64,000 nt of DNA from NCBI RefSeq assembly GCF_009914755.1, contig NC_060928.1; one strand, given 5' to 3'. The translations under genes were made by a program, and so were the position numbers. Below are positions 29,461-44,475 of the stretch, in pieces. The notes under the pieces were generated by a model that saw nothing but the letters and a program-made list of their open reading frames with translations, did no database searches and was not told the DNA's origin. Position 1 is the stretch's first letter; each line of letters opens with the position of its first letter. The DNA is from the human T2T-CHM13v2.0 reference genome, Homo sapiens.

Positions 29461-29826
29461 TGTCTTAGTTCATTTGTACTGCTACCACAAAATACAAAAT
29501 ACCTGAGACTGGGTAATTTATAAAGAACAGAAATTTACTTTTCATGGTTCTAGAGGTGGAGAAGTTCAAGATCAAGGTGCCAGCAGGTTGGGATGTCTGC
29601 ATCTTCCAAGAGGAAGGAACACTGGGTCCTCATGTGGCAGAGAACAGAAGGGCAAGAGAAATGGATGCAGCATGAGGCCTCTTTTGTGAGGGCCTTAATA
29701 TCATTTACGAAGGGAAGAGCCCTTATCAACTAATCACCTCTTAAAGACCCCAGTTCTTATATCTATCACATTGACCGTTAAGTTTCAACCCCTGAAATCT
29801 GGAGGGGACACATTCAAACCATGGCA
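29461..29826 (-). mobile_element. MSTC/D-like MaLR solo LTR
   Basis: TGTCTTAG…CAAACCATGGCA; TSD GTACA/ATACA. Confidence 0.85.
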
Positions 29827-30164
29827 ATACACAAAAAGTAACACAGAATAACCCCCACCCCAAGCCCCCAAAGCCAAATTTAAAAGCCAATTTGCTAGGC
29901 CATGCATTATAATATCACAAAAATAGGTTAATAAATGTGTTTCAGTTGGTATACGGTATATGAATTGGTATTTTAAAATTTTAATTAAAGGATGATAAAA
30001 AGTGACTTTAACAATAGAAGTTTGTCAGTGATTCTTTCTCTGTTTCTTGAATTTCTTGTGTAGGATGCTGGCTATTTTGCTTACCCACAGGGTTCATTCT
30101 GGTGGTGATTATGATTGTGTAAACTCAAACTTCTGTTCCAAGGAGTTATTTTAGTTGACTTGAG

Positions 30165-30560
30165 TTCTGTTCAATATTTATTGATTGCATGCTTTGTGTC
30201 AAGCACTGTGGTAGGAGCGGGGCATACAAGAATGAATATGACACAGTCTGTGTCTTCCAGGAACTTGTGGGCTGCTGGGCTAGAAAGTCATTAAACAGAG
30301 CATGTCAAGAAAATAATTTAAGTGTTTTGATAGAGGGATACTCAGAGTTATGTGGGTCTTAGGAGATGGGCATTGTATGATTGGATGGGAGTAAAGAAAG
30401 CCTCACTTGGGAGGTGAATCTTAGATTTTGTTTTGAATGAGCAGTGGGAGTTAAGTAAATAAATGAATGCTGCAGACACAGTCTAAGTAGAAGTTATATT
30501 GAGAATATAAATGCTGATGGTGTGAAACAGCATGGTCTGTTCTGGAAACTTTGCCAAGAT
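30165..30560 (-). mobile_element. L2 3' fragment
   Basis: AATATTTATTGA…TGTGTCAAGCACTGTG pattern. Confidence 0.65.
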
Positions 30561-33175
30561 GCAAATTATAATGTAAGAGATTCATATGATGAGGCCAAAG
30601 AGAAAAGCTAGAGCCCCAGTGTGAAAGCCTCTGGAAAATATTTACCAAACTCACCATATTTAAATTAGTTATAGGTATGTGACACCCTAAATTCTATGTT
30701 AGAAAAAAAAATTCATTGGCTCAAAAGAAAATTGCATGAATGTTTCAATCTTATTGTAAAAGTATTTCCTCTTTTTCATTAGGATGTGTTTATGTTCCTC
30801 AATAGGGAAATGGCTTATGAAGTTACGCCACTTCACAGCATATTGAGGGAGTCATAAAAGCACTGGGAAAAAACCTGTTATTCAATAAGATAGTATCTAC
30901 ATCAACACTGCATTTTTTGGTAGGCATTAGAAGTAGCACTTAACAGCTTGCATGAATCATTTTGACTTAGATGTGCATGACTGTAATGTTGTAGAGTGGT
31001 GAGCTGACCTATGGAAAAGGAATAAACATTAAGCTTTGCTTTTGCAGAAACCACAACTGATGCATAGCAACGTCTAGAAAAATTACAGCACAGATATCAA
31101 AGAGAGGTATATTATTATTATTTTACATAAGAGGAAGAAATAAAATACTTGTGTATCCCCCGTATATCCTGTACTTTCTTTTTGGCAAAGGAAATTATTT
31201 ACACTAAAAATCAAACTCCATGAGGGTAATATATGGTGTTTTTCCTTCTGTTGAATTCAAAACACTTAAATACATAGTGAGCACTCAAGAATTATATACT
31301 AAACAAATAATGCATAAGCTGAGTTTTTCTTTGCAATGTCTTATTTGGTAGATTCTACCATTCATAAAAATATTAAAAACTATAGAGAACAACGCCCTTG
31401 GGAGCATAGAGATAAGTAGCATCTTGTAGAGTTGGTCCCCTGTTGTTCAGATAACTCATTCTCTGTTGAGCAAAGCCAAGGGGGTGGTGTTTAAAGTTTG
31501 AATTGGAGGTATAACAAGTTATCGAAGATTCTAAAATTCTCAGTGATGTTTTGAAAATTTTAAAATAGATTAATACATGCTTTTTGATAAATTCCAAGCA
31601 ACTACAAAGACATGGTAACAATCCCGTGTAGCACTAGTGTGCTACAAAAACAGACTAGTAGGTCAGTGAAATCAAATAGCAAACTCAGGTTAGAACTATG
31701 TATTCCTGCTACCAGAGATGAATTAACAGTGGAGGTAACAAAACTTAGGCTTCATTATTTACTTACTCTGGGTGGGAATTCTCCTAAGATATTCACATTG
31801 TTATGTGTTTTTGTAAAATTTTCAAGAGTAAGATAATTTTGCTTCATTAAGTTAAGACAGTAGCTCTTGCCACTCTGAGTTCCCCTTCATCGCACTTCCC
31901 TTTTGTCTCATAGTATTAGAGTGGGCATGGACAGTTTTGGAATTTAGCTAAGAGAAAGTTGAGTTGGGAGTGCCATTTTAACTGAAATTTGGAAAATGTA
32001 CCAAGGATATGAAAACACATGTTAGAGAAGAAAAATTGAAAAAGGTAACAATCATGTATCACAGTATCTACTCAAAATAATTGGTAATCAGAAGATCTAA
32101 AATAGATCAGACATCTCTCCTATAATTGTTACCTCCAGCCAGTTGGATAATGGCAGCATTGACAGGAATGTGGGGGTTTAGAGATCCTCATGCCCTGGTG
32201 GGAATGTAGCCTGAGTGTATTCATTTTGGAGATGGTGATTCCAAGAATGTATTCATTTCTATATTTTCTAGTTTATATGCATAGAGGTATCCATACTAGT
32301 CTCTGATGGTTTTATACATTTCTGTGGGGTTGGTGTTAATGTCCCCTTTGTCATTTCTGATTGTATTTATTGTATCTTCTCTCTTTTTTTTCTTGGTTAA
32401 TCTAGCTTGCCGTCTATCTTATTTATTTCAAAAAACTAACTCCTGGTTTTGTTGATCTTTTGTACAGTTTTTCAAATCTCAGTTTTCTTCAGTTCACCTC
32501 TGATATTGTTTACTTCTTGTGTTCTGCTAGCTTTAAGGTTGGTTTGCCCTTGTTTCTCTAGTTCCTTTAGATGTGATGTTAGGTTGTCCATTTTAGACCT
32601 TTCTGATTTTTTGATGTGGGTATTTAGTGCTATAAACTTCCCTCTTAACCCTACTTTAGCTGTGTCCCAGAGATTCTGGCATGTTGCATCTTTGTTCTCA
32701 TTAGTTTCAAAGAATTTCTTGATTTCTGCCTTAATTTAATTGTTTACCCAAAACTCATCAGGAGCAGGTTAATTTTCATGTAGTTGTATGGTTTTGAGCA
32801 ATTTTCCAGTATCTATTTCTATTTTTATTGCCCTGTAGTCCAAGAGTACGGTTGGTATGATATCAGTTTTCTTTGATTTTTCTGAGGGTTATGTTTTACG
32901 TCTGATATGTGGTCACTTTTTGAGTATGTGCCAAGTGCAGATGAGAAGGATGTATATTCTGTTGTTTTGGGGTGGAGTTCAGTAGATGTCTATTGGTTTC
33001 ATTTGGTCAAGTGTCGAGTTCATATCCTGAATATCTTTGTTAGCTTTCTGACCCAATGACCTGTCTAATACTGTCAGTGGAGTTTTGAAATCTCCCAGTA
33101 TTATTGTGTAGAAATCTAAGTTTCTTTACAGGTCTTAACGAACTTGCTTTATAAATTTGGGTGCTCCTGTGTTGA

Positions 33176-33200
33176 GTATGTATGTATGTATGTATGTATG

Positions 33201-33233
<33 letters not shown>

Positions 33234-33241
33234 GCACAGAG

Positions 33242-33272
<31 letters not shown>
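33176..33272. repeat. Compound (TATG)n(TA)n(CA)n microsatellite
   Basis: Directly visible inside the L1 EN region. Confidence 0.95.
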
Positions 33273-33273
<1 letters not shown>

Positions 33274-34178
33274 GATAGCTAGGTCTTCTTTTTAAGTTGA
33301 ACCCTTTACCATTATGTAATGCCCGTCTTTGTCTTTTTAAATCTTTGCTGGTTTAAAGACTGTTTTGTCTGAAATTAGGATTGCAACTTTTGTTTTTGTT
33401 TCCTGTTTTCCGTTTGCTTGGTAGATTTTTCTCCATCTCTTTATTTTGAGTCTTTGGGTGTCTCTGCATGTCAGATGGGTCTCCAGAAGACAGCATACCA
33501 CTCTTCTTTATCCAGCTTGCCACTTTGTGATTTTTAATTGGGACATTTAGCCCACTTACATTCAAGGTTAATATTAATATGTGTGGATTTAATTCTGTCA
33601 TTGTTCTGTTAGCTGGTTATTATGCAGACTTGTTTGAGTGGTTGCTTTATAATGTTCTATTTACTTAAGTGTGGTTTTCTAGTGGCTGGTAATGGTCTTT
33701 GCTTTCCATAGGTAGCACTCCTTTCAGGACCTCTTTTAAGGCATGTCTGGTGGTAACAAGCTCTCTTAGCATTTGCTTGTCTGAAAGTAATCTTAATTCT
33801 CCTTTGCTTATGAGGCTTAGTTTGGCTGGATATGAAATTCTTGGTTGGAAATTCTTTCCTTTAAGATTGCTGAATATAGGCCCCCAATCTCTCCTGGCTT
33901 GTAAGATTTCTGCTTAAAGGTCTGCTGTTAGCCTGATGGGGTCTCCATTGTAGGCGACCTGCCCCTTTTCTCTAGCTGCCTTTAATATTATTTTCTTTCA
34001 TTTCTACCTTGGAGAAGCTGATGAGTATGTGTCCTGGAGATGGTCTTCTTGTGTAGTATCTCACAGAGCTTCTCAGCATTTTCTGCATTTGAATGTTGGC
34101 CTCTGTAGTGAGGTTGGGGAAATTTTCATGGATAATATCCTGAAATATGTTTTCCAAGTTACTTGCTTCCTCCTCCCT

Positions 34179-34606
34179 TGATATAGTTTGGATATTTGCT
34201 CCTGCCTAAATCTCATGTTGAGTTGTAATAACCACTACTGGAGATGGGGCCTGGTGGGAGGTGTTTGGATCATGGGAGCGTATCCCTTATGGCTTGTTGC
34301 TATCTTCATGATAGTGAGTTCTTGTGAGATCTGGTCATTTAAAAGTGTGTGGCACCTCCTCTGTCCCCACTCTTTCTCTTGTTCCTGCTTTTGCTATGTG
34401 AAGCTCCCACCTTTTCCATGTACAAGCTCCCAGTTTGCCTTCCCATGTGAGTAAAACCTCCTTGAGGCCTCCCCAGAAGTCAAGCGATGTTAACACTATG
34501 CTTCCTGTACAGCCTGCAGAACCACGAGCCAATTTAAACCTCTTTTCTTTATAAATTATCCAGTCTCAATTATTTCCTTGTAGCAATGCAAGAATGGCCT
34601 AATACA
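34179..34606 (+). mobile_element. MSTA/B solo LTR inserted in L1 ORF1
   Basis: TGATATAGTTTGG…GGCCTAATACA. Confidence 0.9.
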
Positions 34607-37600
34607 CTCAGGGATGCCAGTGAATCATAGATTTGGTCTCTTTACATAATCCTCGATGTCTTGGAGGTTTTGTTCATTCTTTTTTGTTCCTTTTTCCTGA
34701 TTTTTTCTGACCTAGTTCAGAGAACCAGTCTTTGCGCTTTGAGATTCTTTCCTCAGCTTTGTCTATTCTGCTGTTAATACTTGTGATTGCATTATGAAAT
34801 TCTTGTAGTGTGTGCTTGAGCTCTTTCAGATCAGTTGGTTCTTCCTTATAATGGTCGTTTGGCCTATAAGCTCCTGCATCACCTTATTGCAATCCTTAGA
34901 TTCCCTGGATTCAATTTCTACTTTCTCCTGAATCTCAATAATCTTCATTCCTATCCATATTCTGAATTCTGTTTCTGTCATTTCAGCCTGGTTAAGAACC
35001 CTTGCTAGGGAACTAGTGTAGTTATTTGGAGGTAAGAAGACACTCTGGCCTTTTGAGTTGCCAGAGTTCTTGCACTGATTCTTTCTCATCTGTGTGGGCT
35101 TATGTTCCTTTAACTATGGCAAATTTGAGTACAGTCAGCTGACTTCTTTTCTGGATGTTTTCAGAGGGCTGAGGCTTTGTCCAGGGTCTTCATTTGTAAC
35201 TGAGTATTTGTCCTTGGTTTCACAGAGGGGTATATTAGCAAAGTATTTTTGGTGCTGAAGTTTGGGCTTTGATCCAGTCGATGGCACTTAAGCGTAATGG
35301 CATGTAGGTAGGCTCTTGCTCAGCCATAACTCCTCTGTGTTTCCTCACAATTGCAGCTACTCTGTCACTCAGTACCCTGAAAGTGTGGGCTCCTTTTCCA
35401 CTTGAGTGCTGGCTGGAGATCTCGGTTTGGCACTCCTCGGCTGCTGCATACTGCAGTCCTGGGGTGAGCTAAGGCTTTATGTTCCTTCCCTAGCTTGGAG
35501 GCAGCAACAGAAGGGACCTTGGCAGTGGCTATGGCAGAAGACCTTTCACTTGTCTCTTGGGGCTCCACCCCAGAGGAATGCAGAGCCTCTACTGATTGGT
35601 GCAATTGGCCTGGGATGGACCGGCTACTTTGTGGACCTCCCGGCAGGGGTTTTGTCGGGGCGACAGACTGGCCTCTTTCCTCAGGGCAACTGCAGCTTGC
35701 TGGAGGTGTGATTAAAGCACTCAGGAGAACAGAGAAGAGCGAAACAAGACAAATGCCCATCTAGGAGAGGTACCTTTGCTCCTTCCTGCTCCTGGTCCAA
35801 GAGCAGTAAGGACAGAACTACTGCAGTAGCAGTGGCAGAGGGCTTTCAGTTTCCCCTGTGAGCTTCACCTCAGCGAATCGCAGAGCCACAGCTACTGGGA
35901 ATGTTCAGCCAGGAGGTGGGGCAGATGTGCTGCTGGCGGAAGCTGGAGGCTCCACTTAATGAACAGTGGGGAGTTGAGGGCTTTCAGGGAGAAGAAACTG
36001 GGCTCCTTTCCATATGGTGATTGTGGCAGGCTGGAAACCTGATTACAGCCTTCAGGCTCTTTGTTTTTTCAGTCTGAGGACACCAGGGGCAGAACTGCCG
36101 CCATGGCAGTGGCAGAGGGGCTGTAAGTTGCCTCTGGGAGCCCCTCCTCAGCAAAAACAGAGCCACTAGCAGTAAGAATGCTCAGCTGGGGGTAGAGCAG
36201 GTGTTCTGTGGTCCAGCGTTTGGGGCCCTGCCTGGTGAAGAGTTGGGGGTAGGTCTGACAGGGAAGAGAGACAGAGCTCTTCTCTGTATGGTGGCTGAAG
36301 CATGCTGGAGGCAACAGCATAGCAACCAGGGCCCTTTGTCCCTTCCCCAGCCTGAGGGAAGTAAGAGTGGTACCACTGCAGCAGCAATGGCAGAAGGGCT
36401 GTGGTTTGTCTCTGGGATTTCTTCCTCAGAGAAACGACTGAAGTGTTCAGGTGGGGGCAGTGTGGCTATTCTGGGGGCCAGTTTGAGAGGTATTAGCCAG
36501 TGATGAGTAGCAGAGGTTGGGACCCATGTGGAAAACAGTGTGGCTGCTTTTCCATAAGGCTGTTGCTCTGTGCCAGGGGTCTGCGCCAGTCCCCAACCAC
36601 CTCACTCCCTCTAGAGCCTAAGGGCAAGAGGAGCGAGGGCTGCGGAGTGGCAGGAATGGTGGTGTGCCTCTCCCTCTGGGAGCTCCATCCCAGGGAAGAG
36701 CCGAGCTGCTCCCGGTGGAGAACTTAATGGGGCTGGAGTGGCCTGTGTCCCAGGCCAGAGGGCCTTGTCCTGCAAGGTGCAGTGGATGCAAGGCCTGCAG
36801 CACATCCCTGCTCAGCCCCTTTGAATTTGACCCCTTTCCTGGGGGGCGTGCAAGAGAGCCTGGCCTCCCCTATTGCTGGAGCTGCAGCTGCTGGTGCTGG
36901 GGTGCCCAGGCATCCAAGGCTTCTAAGATTCTGTATGTGCCTGAGTGGCAGCTCTGCCCAGATTCCACATAGCTCTTTGTGTCAGTCTGAAGGCCCCAGT
37001 TAAGGGATTCATGGGGGATCTCCTGAGCCCAGGGATACAAAGGTCTGTGGCAGAAGTATGGGTCCCCAGGTACTCTCACTCACTCACCATTTCCTCATGG
37101 TAGAGGGCCTCCTTTGGCTCCATGCCGCTCCTGGGTGGGCAGTTGTCCTCTTTTGCTCTTCTCTGTTCTCTGTGGGTCTCCTTGTTTCACTGATGAATCT
37201 TAATGTGTCCACCTGGATGTTCCAGTTGAAGAGCTAGTTTTTACCCACCACTCTTTTCTTCTTTCCATGAGAGCAGCTCACTCTAGCTGCTTCTAGTCAG
37301 CCAATTTGGCCCCCCTATATAATTTGTACTTGCCAATTATACCTTAAAGCTGGGGCAAAAGAAAACAAACAAATAAATATAATGGTAAATAAAAATTTCT
37401 GAAAGGAAAAAAAAGATATATAGGCAGCCAACAAAGTTATTGCTTAACGTGTAATCAAAAAGATCCAGCTTGGAGAGGCAGAATACTCCAGCAGCAAGTC
37501 ATAATCCCTTCTCTAAATCCCAGGCCTGAATTTTTTTCAGATCTGGAACTCATCAATGGATGGAGAGGCTGATTTCCCTCTATGAAAAGATTTTCAACAC

Positions 37601-37779
37601 CATGGCAAGTATGTCTTGTAGTGATTCTCCCACTCCTTTCTCAAAGGATTTTATCATTTACTTGGGGGAAATGTACACTGGGAAAAGGGGAATACTCAGA
37701 TCTTTTAAGGACCCCATTAGGAGTATGTAACTCCATATGGGGTTCTTGTATGCACATACAAGAACAACTGAATATAGGG

Positions 37780-38196
37780 TGATATAGTTTGGATGCTCAT
37801 TGCCTCCAAATCTCGTGTTGAAATGTGATTCCCAGTGTCAGAGGTGGGGCCTGGTGGGAGGTGATTGCATCATGGGGGCAGATCCCTCATGAATGTCTGA
37901 GCACCATTCCCTTAGTGATTAGTGAGTTCTTGCTGTGAGTTCATGTGAGATATAGTTATTTAAAGGTGTGTGGTACCTCCCCAGTTTCTTGCTCCTTCTC
38001 CTGCCATGTGATACACTGGGTCTCCTTTGCCTTCCACCATGATTGTAAGCTTCCTGAGGCCTCACCAGGAGCTGAGCAACTATTGGTGCCATGCCTGTAC
38101 AGCCCATAGAACTGTGAACCAAATTAAACCTCTTTTCTTTATAAATTATCCAGCCCCGGCTATTTCTTTATAGCAATGCAAAAATGGCCTAACACA
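37780..38196 (+). mobile_element. MSTB-like solo LTR
   Basis: TGATATAG…CCTAACACA; perfect TSD TAGGG. Confidence 0.92.
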
Positions 38197-38269
38197 TAGG
38201 GTATGAGTTGATGCCAAAACCTAGAAACCTAAGGTGCCATTATGGCCTCCTTTGGAATAGAAATGACTA

Positions 38270-38842
38270 GGAGGGTGGGGAGTGTCAGCAAATAGCTTAG
38301 CAAGTAGCTTAGTTTTTTGCTTAGAGAGGTTAAAGGAGGAAGATTAGAAGGTCAGGGATGAAGAAGTATGGGGAAGAGGCATATGGATGGACCTATGTGA
38401 GTGAGTACAAAGAGTGAGGGTTTTTGTGTTGCATGTTAATACTCACCAGAGGACAGTGACTGTAGAAGAGCTTCTCCACCAAATGAGCAGAAGAGCTTGG
38501 TGAGTAGGTAGCTAGCCTATGATCTTAACTATTCCAGTGCTTGCTGAATGGGTTCATGAAAGGAGTAGCATGGTGACAGAGATAGAGCCTATGCCTGGGC
38601 CCAGCTGCATAGACTCCTTCTCCCTAAGGCTGATACACAAATTCTGTTGCTGAATATTCAAACTGTCAGTAACAGAAACCAATGCCAATCCTCTAGTATG
38701 ATATCATCACTCTAGGTGACCAACCAACCATGTGGTGACAAGTTGTTTACATCACACACATTCCACTTTAGAAAAGATGGCATGTATTCTGGGTACACTT
38801 TTGCATTTCCTTCCCACAGTGCCTCAGCCAGTACTAATATTG
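38270..38842 (+). pseudogene. Decayed ERV-L pol fragment (RNase H to integrase)
   Basis: Broken frames give WGRGIWMDL, HVNTHQR, YAWAQLH, GDQPTMW*QV, YSGYTFAFP, matching ERV-L pol motifs. Confidence 0.75.
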
Positions 38843-38844
38843 AA

Positions 38845-39960
38845 ACAGTTGTAGTTTTAAGCCCCTAGTTTTGGAATGAGCTGTCATGAATCAGTAGATA
38901 ACATGAGCATGTTATTGGGAACATGGTATTTGGAAATAGGATGCAGCCATTAAAGGAACCCCAAAACATATGGATTCGTTGGTGGGTAGGGCTGATGAGA
39001 CTGTTAATAAAATCTTAAACACCATGAGGAGCATGTTAATAGACGCTAAAAGGGCCCCAAGTAGGCTGTTGGGGAAGGATTAAAAGCAGGTAATGAAAAT
39101 AGTATCAGAGGTTGGAAGAAAAGTAACTCTTGTTATATAATAGAAGAAAGTTTAGCAGCACTGTTTCCTGCAGTGATAGAAAATGTATCTAATTGTATTA
39201 GTTTGTTCTCACCCTGCTCTAAAGAACTGCCTGAGACTGGGTAATTTATAAATAAAAGAGGCTTAATTGGCTTATGGTTCTTCAGGCTGTACAGGAAGCA
39301 TGGCTGGGGATGCCTCAGGAAACTTACAATCATGGTAGTAGGAGAAGCAGGCACATCTTATGTGGCTGGAGTAGGAGGATGAGAGAGAAGGGGGAGGTGC
39401 TACACACTTTTAAACAACAAAATCTTGTGAGAACTCACTCATTATCATGAGTGTAGCAAGCAGGAAATTCCCCCCTTTGATCCAATCACCTCCCACCAGG
39501 CCCCTCCTCCAACACTGTGGATTACAATTTGACATGAGATTGGGTGGGGACACAAATCCAAACCATATCGCTAATGAATCCAATGATCTAGCTAAGGAGA
39601 TTTCCAGGAAGAATATTACAAATGTCACCTTGCTTCATAGGAATAGATTAAAAAAACATATTAAGCATAATGTATAGAAAATAATGTATAAAAAATGTAT
39701 AAAAAGCATAATGTATAAAAAACCTTATTAAGCATAATGTATAGAAAATATAAAGAATTAAGGACTTGCTGGTTTTGAAGTAAAACTTTTTCATTCCTAG
39801 CTTCCTCACATGGCAGAAAGAAAGTAGTTTCTTGTTTCCGAAGTAAGAAAGGTTATCAGGACAGATATCAAATTCAGAGAACTGACAAAAAATCGTAGTC
39901 TAAAGATAAAATCAAGTGTCAATCGTTTCTTAAATAAATAAGACATATTTTCTACTTCAA
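38845..39960 (+). mobile_element. MLT1 LTR 3' end followed by MLT1 internal sequence
   Basis: TTTTAAGCC…AGTAGATAACA LTR end, then MaLR-int-like GATCTAGCTAAGGAGATTTCCAGG. Confidence 0.65.
39194..39570 (-). mobile_element. MSTA solo LTR nested in MLT1-int
   Basis: TGTATTAG…AACCATATCG; perfect TSD CTAAT. Confidence 0.92.
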
Positions 39961-40096
39961 AAACCTTGGATTCTATTGTAGATTCTAGTGGAGGAGACAG
40001 ACAAGTAAGCAAATATATACAATTTAGTGTGATAAAGGCCCTAGTGAAAATAAGCTCAAGTTGTTATGTTAGAGAGGTTCCGTGAAAGGACATATA

Positions 40097-40218
40097 TGTA
40101 ATGCTAGCCCCCAATGCGGAAGGAGCTAAGAAACCAAAGAAGGAGGCAGACAAATCCAGTTTGTTGGTAAAGGGTGGCTTATTGGGGAACTTACGGATTG
40201 AAGCGTGGTCTTGAGTGT
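40097..40218. mobile_element. Short ERV LTR terminal fragment, family uncertain
   Basis: TGTAATGCTAGCCCCCAATGCGGAAGGAGCT… LTR-like terminus. Confidence 0.4.
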
Positions 40219-40223
40219 TTTTA

Positions 40224-43127
<2,904 letters not shown>

Positions 43128-44069
43128 AGAATTAAAAAATATATACAAGGGAAGAGAGAAATTTATAATGAACCCTCATGTACTATCGCTTATCTTAAAA
43201 ATAATCAAACTATGGCCAATCTTGTTTTACTTATGATTACCCCTCCCCCTAGTACCTCATTTTAAAGTAAAGCCCAGGCATCTGTAATATTGTCTATAAA
43301 TACTTTAGTGATCTCTAATTGGCAGACTCTTTTTGACTAATAATCACAATACCTTTATCACAGACACACACACACACTAATGCTAAGTCCTTAATACTGA
43401 TGCCTCCTTTTGAACAAGCTAGGTCAATGTTGCTGAATACTTGCTGGGAAGTAGATAGGTTCTAGATTACTTCAGACTGTTAATGCAGAAAGAGAATAAT
43501 TTGGTCTCTGAAGTTCTTGGTAGAAATTCCGTTTTTTTCTCGAAAAATTATGCTAGGTTCCTTTTTATGGGTATTTATTAATAGAGTAGAAAAAAATTGT
43601 CCTTAATGCCCCAAGAAGGTACAAAAATGTAAGAAATGGAATTCACTATGGGCTTTTGATTTTGTTTCTGAGTAAAGTAATAAAAAGTACTGGGAGTATT
43701 GGGGGAGTTTCTCCATTTCCTTCATTTGTCTAGTTATGTCTAGAGGGGCCTAGCTACTGATTTCAGGCCATCCCTCTATACTCTGTCCTTGGTGTTAAAT
43801 GTTCTCATCCAACACTCTCTTGCAGTTCTGGGCTGATGTGGGTAGATGAAGCTCTCCTATCTTTAGGGAGAGGGAAAAAATTCAGTGCTGTTAATAGCTA
43901 GTATTGTAAATAACTGGAAATGAAGAGAAAAGCTAAACAGAACCATACTTGGTGTCGTAGTGTTGGGACTTCTATTTAAGTAGTAATTTACAATCAAATT
44001 GCCATCTGGCCTTGAAGTAGTAGCTACAGGGCTTAATGCTTCAATTTGGTCAAACCCAGAATACATGTG

Positions 44070-44475
44070 TGAAGACTTGGAGACTTGAGCTTGTCATGTT
44101 TTGAGATCTGCAAGGGTTAGTGAGGCAGGTGCTGGGGAAGTTAATAGTTAGTAGGCACCAAATTGTAAGCAAAGAAATTAGAAATTGTTGAAGTATTTTT
44201 AGTAATAGATTGTTGTGATCAGATTTATGTTGGTGTGGGCTATGTAGGAGGGCATAAAGGCCAATAGGAGAGCGTGATATCAATACAAGGTAGAAATAAT
44301 TAGTGCATGAACTAAATTAGTGTTGATGAGGACCGTGGCTGTGGCCAGCATGAGACAGTGTTTGCAGATCAAACCTACAGTACTGGGAACCTGTAAGATG
44401 GGGCGTTGAGAGGAAGGAGTTAGAGATTGCTCCCATGTTTGTGGCTTGCTGTCTTGGAGAATGGTGGTGTGGAAA
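44070..44475 (-). mobile_element. L2 fragment
   Basis: Purine-rich L2 antisense motifs (TGTGATCAGATTTATGTT, GGAGAATGGTGGTG). Confidence 0.55.

Larger units (their letters stand above)
32239..37315 (-). mobile_element. 5' half of an L1PA15/16 (L1P4)-type element: 5'UTR, ORF1, EN region; 3' half absent
   Basis: 5' terminus GGGGGCCAAATTGGCTGACTAGAAGCAGCT; ORF1 MRKNQCKNSGNSK from 35089; ORF2 start MTELNPHILILTLNVSGLN at 33601. Confidence 0.88.

Noticed and set aside
35365-37079. Cluster of GC-rich ORFs resembling a gene or CpG island
   Set aside because: L1 5'UTR; CpG-depleted; ORFs overlap on both strands with no domain.
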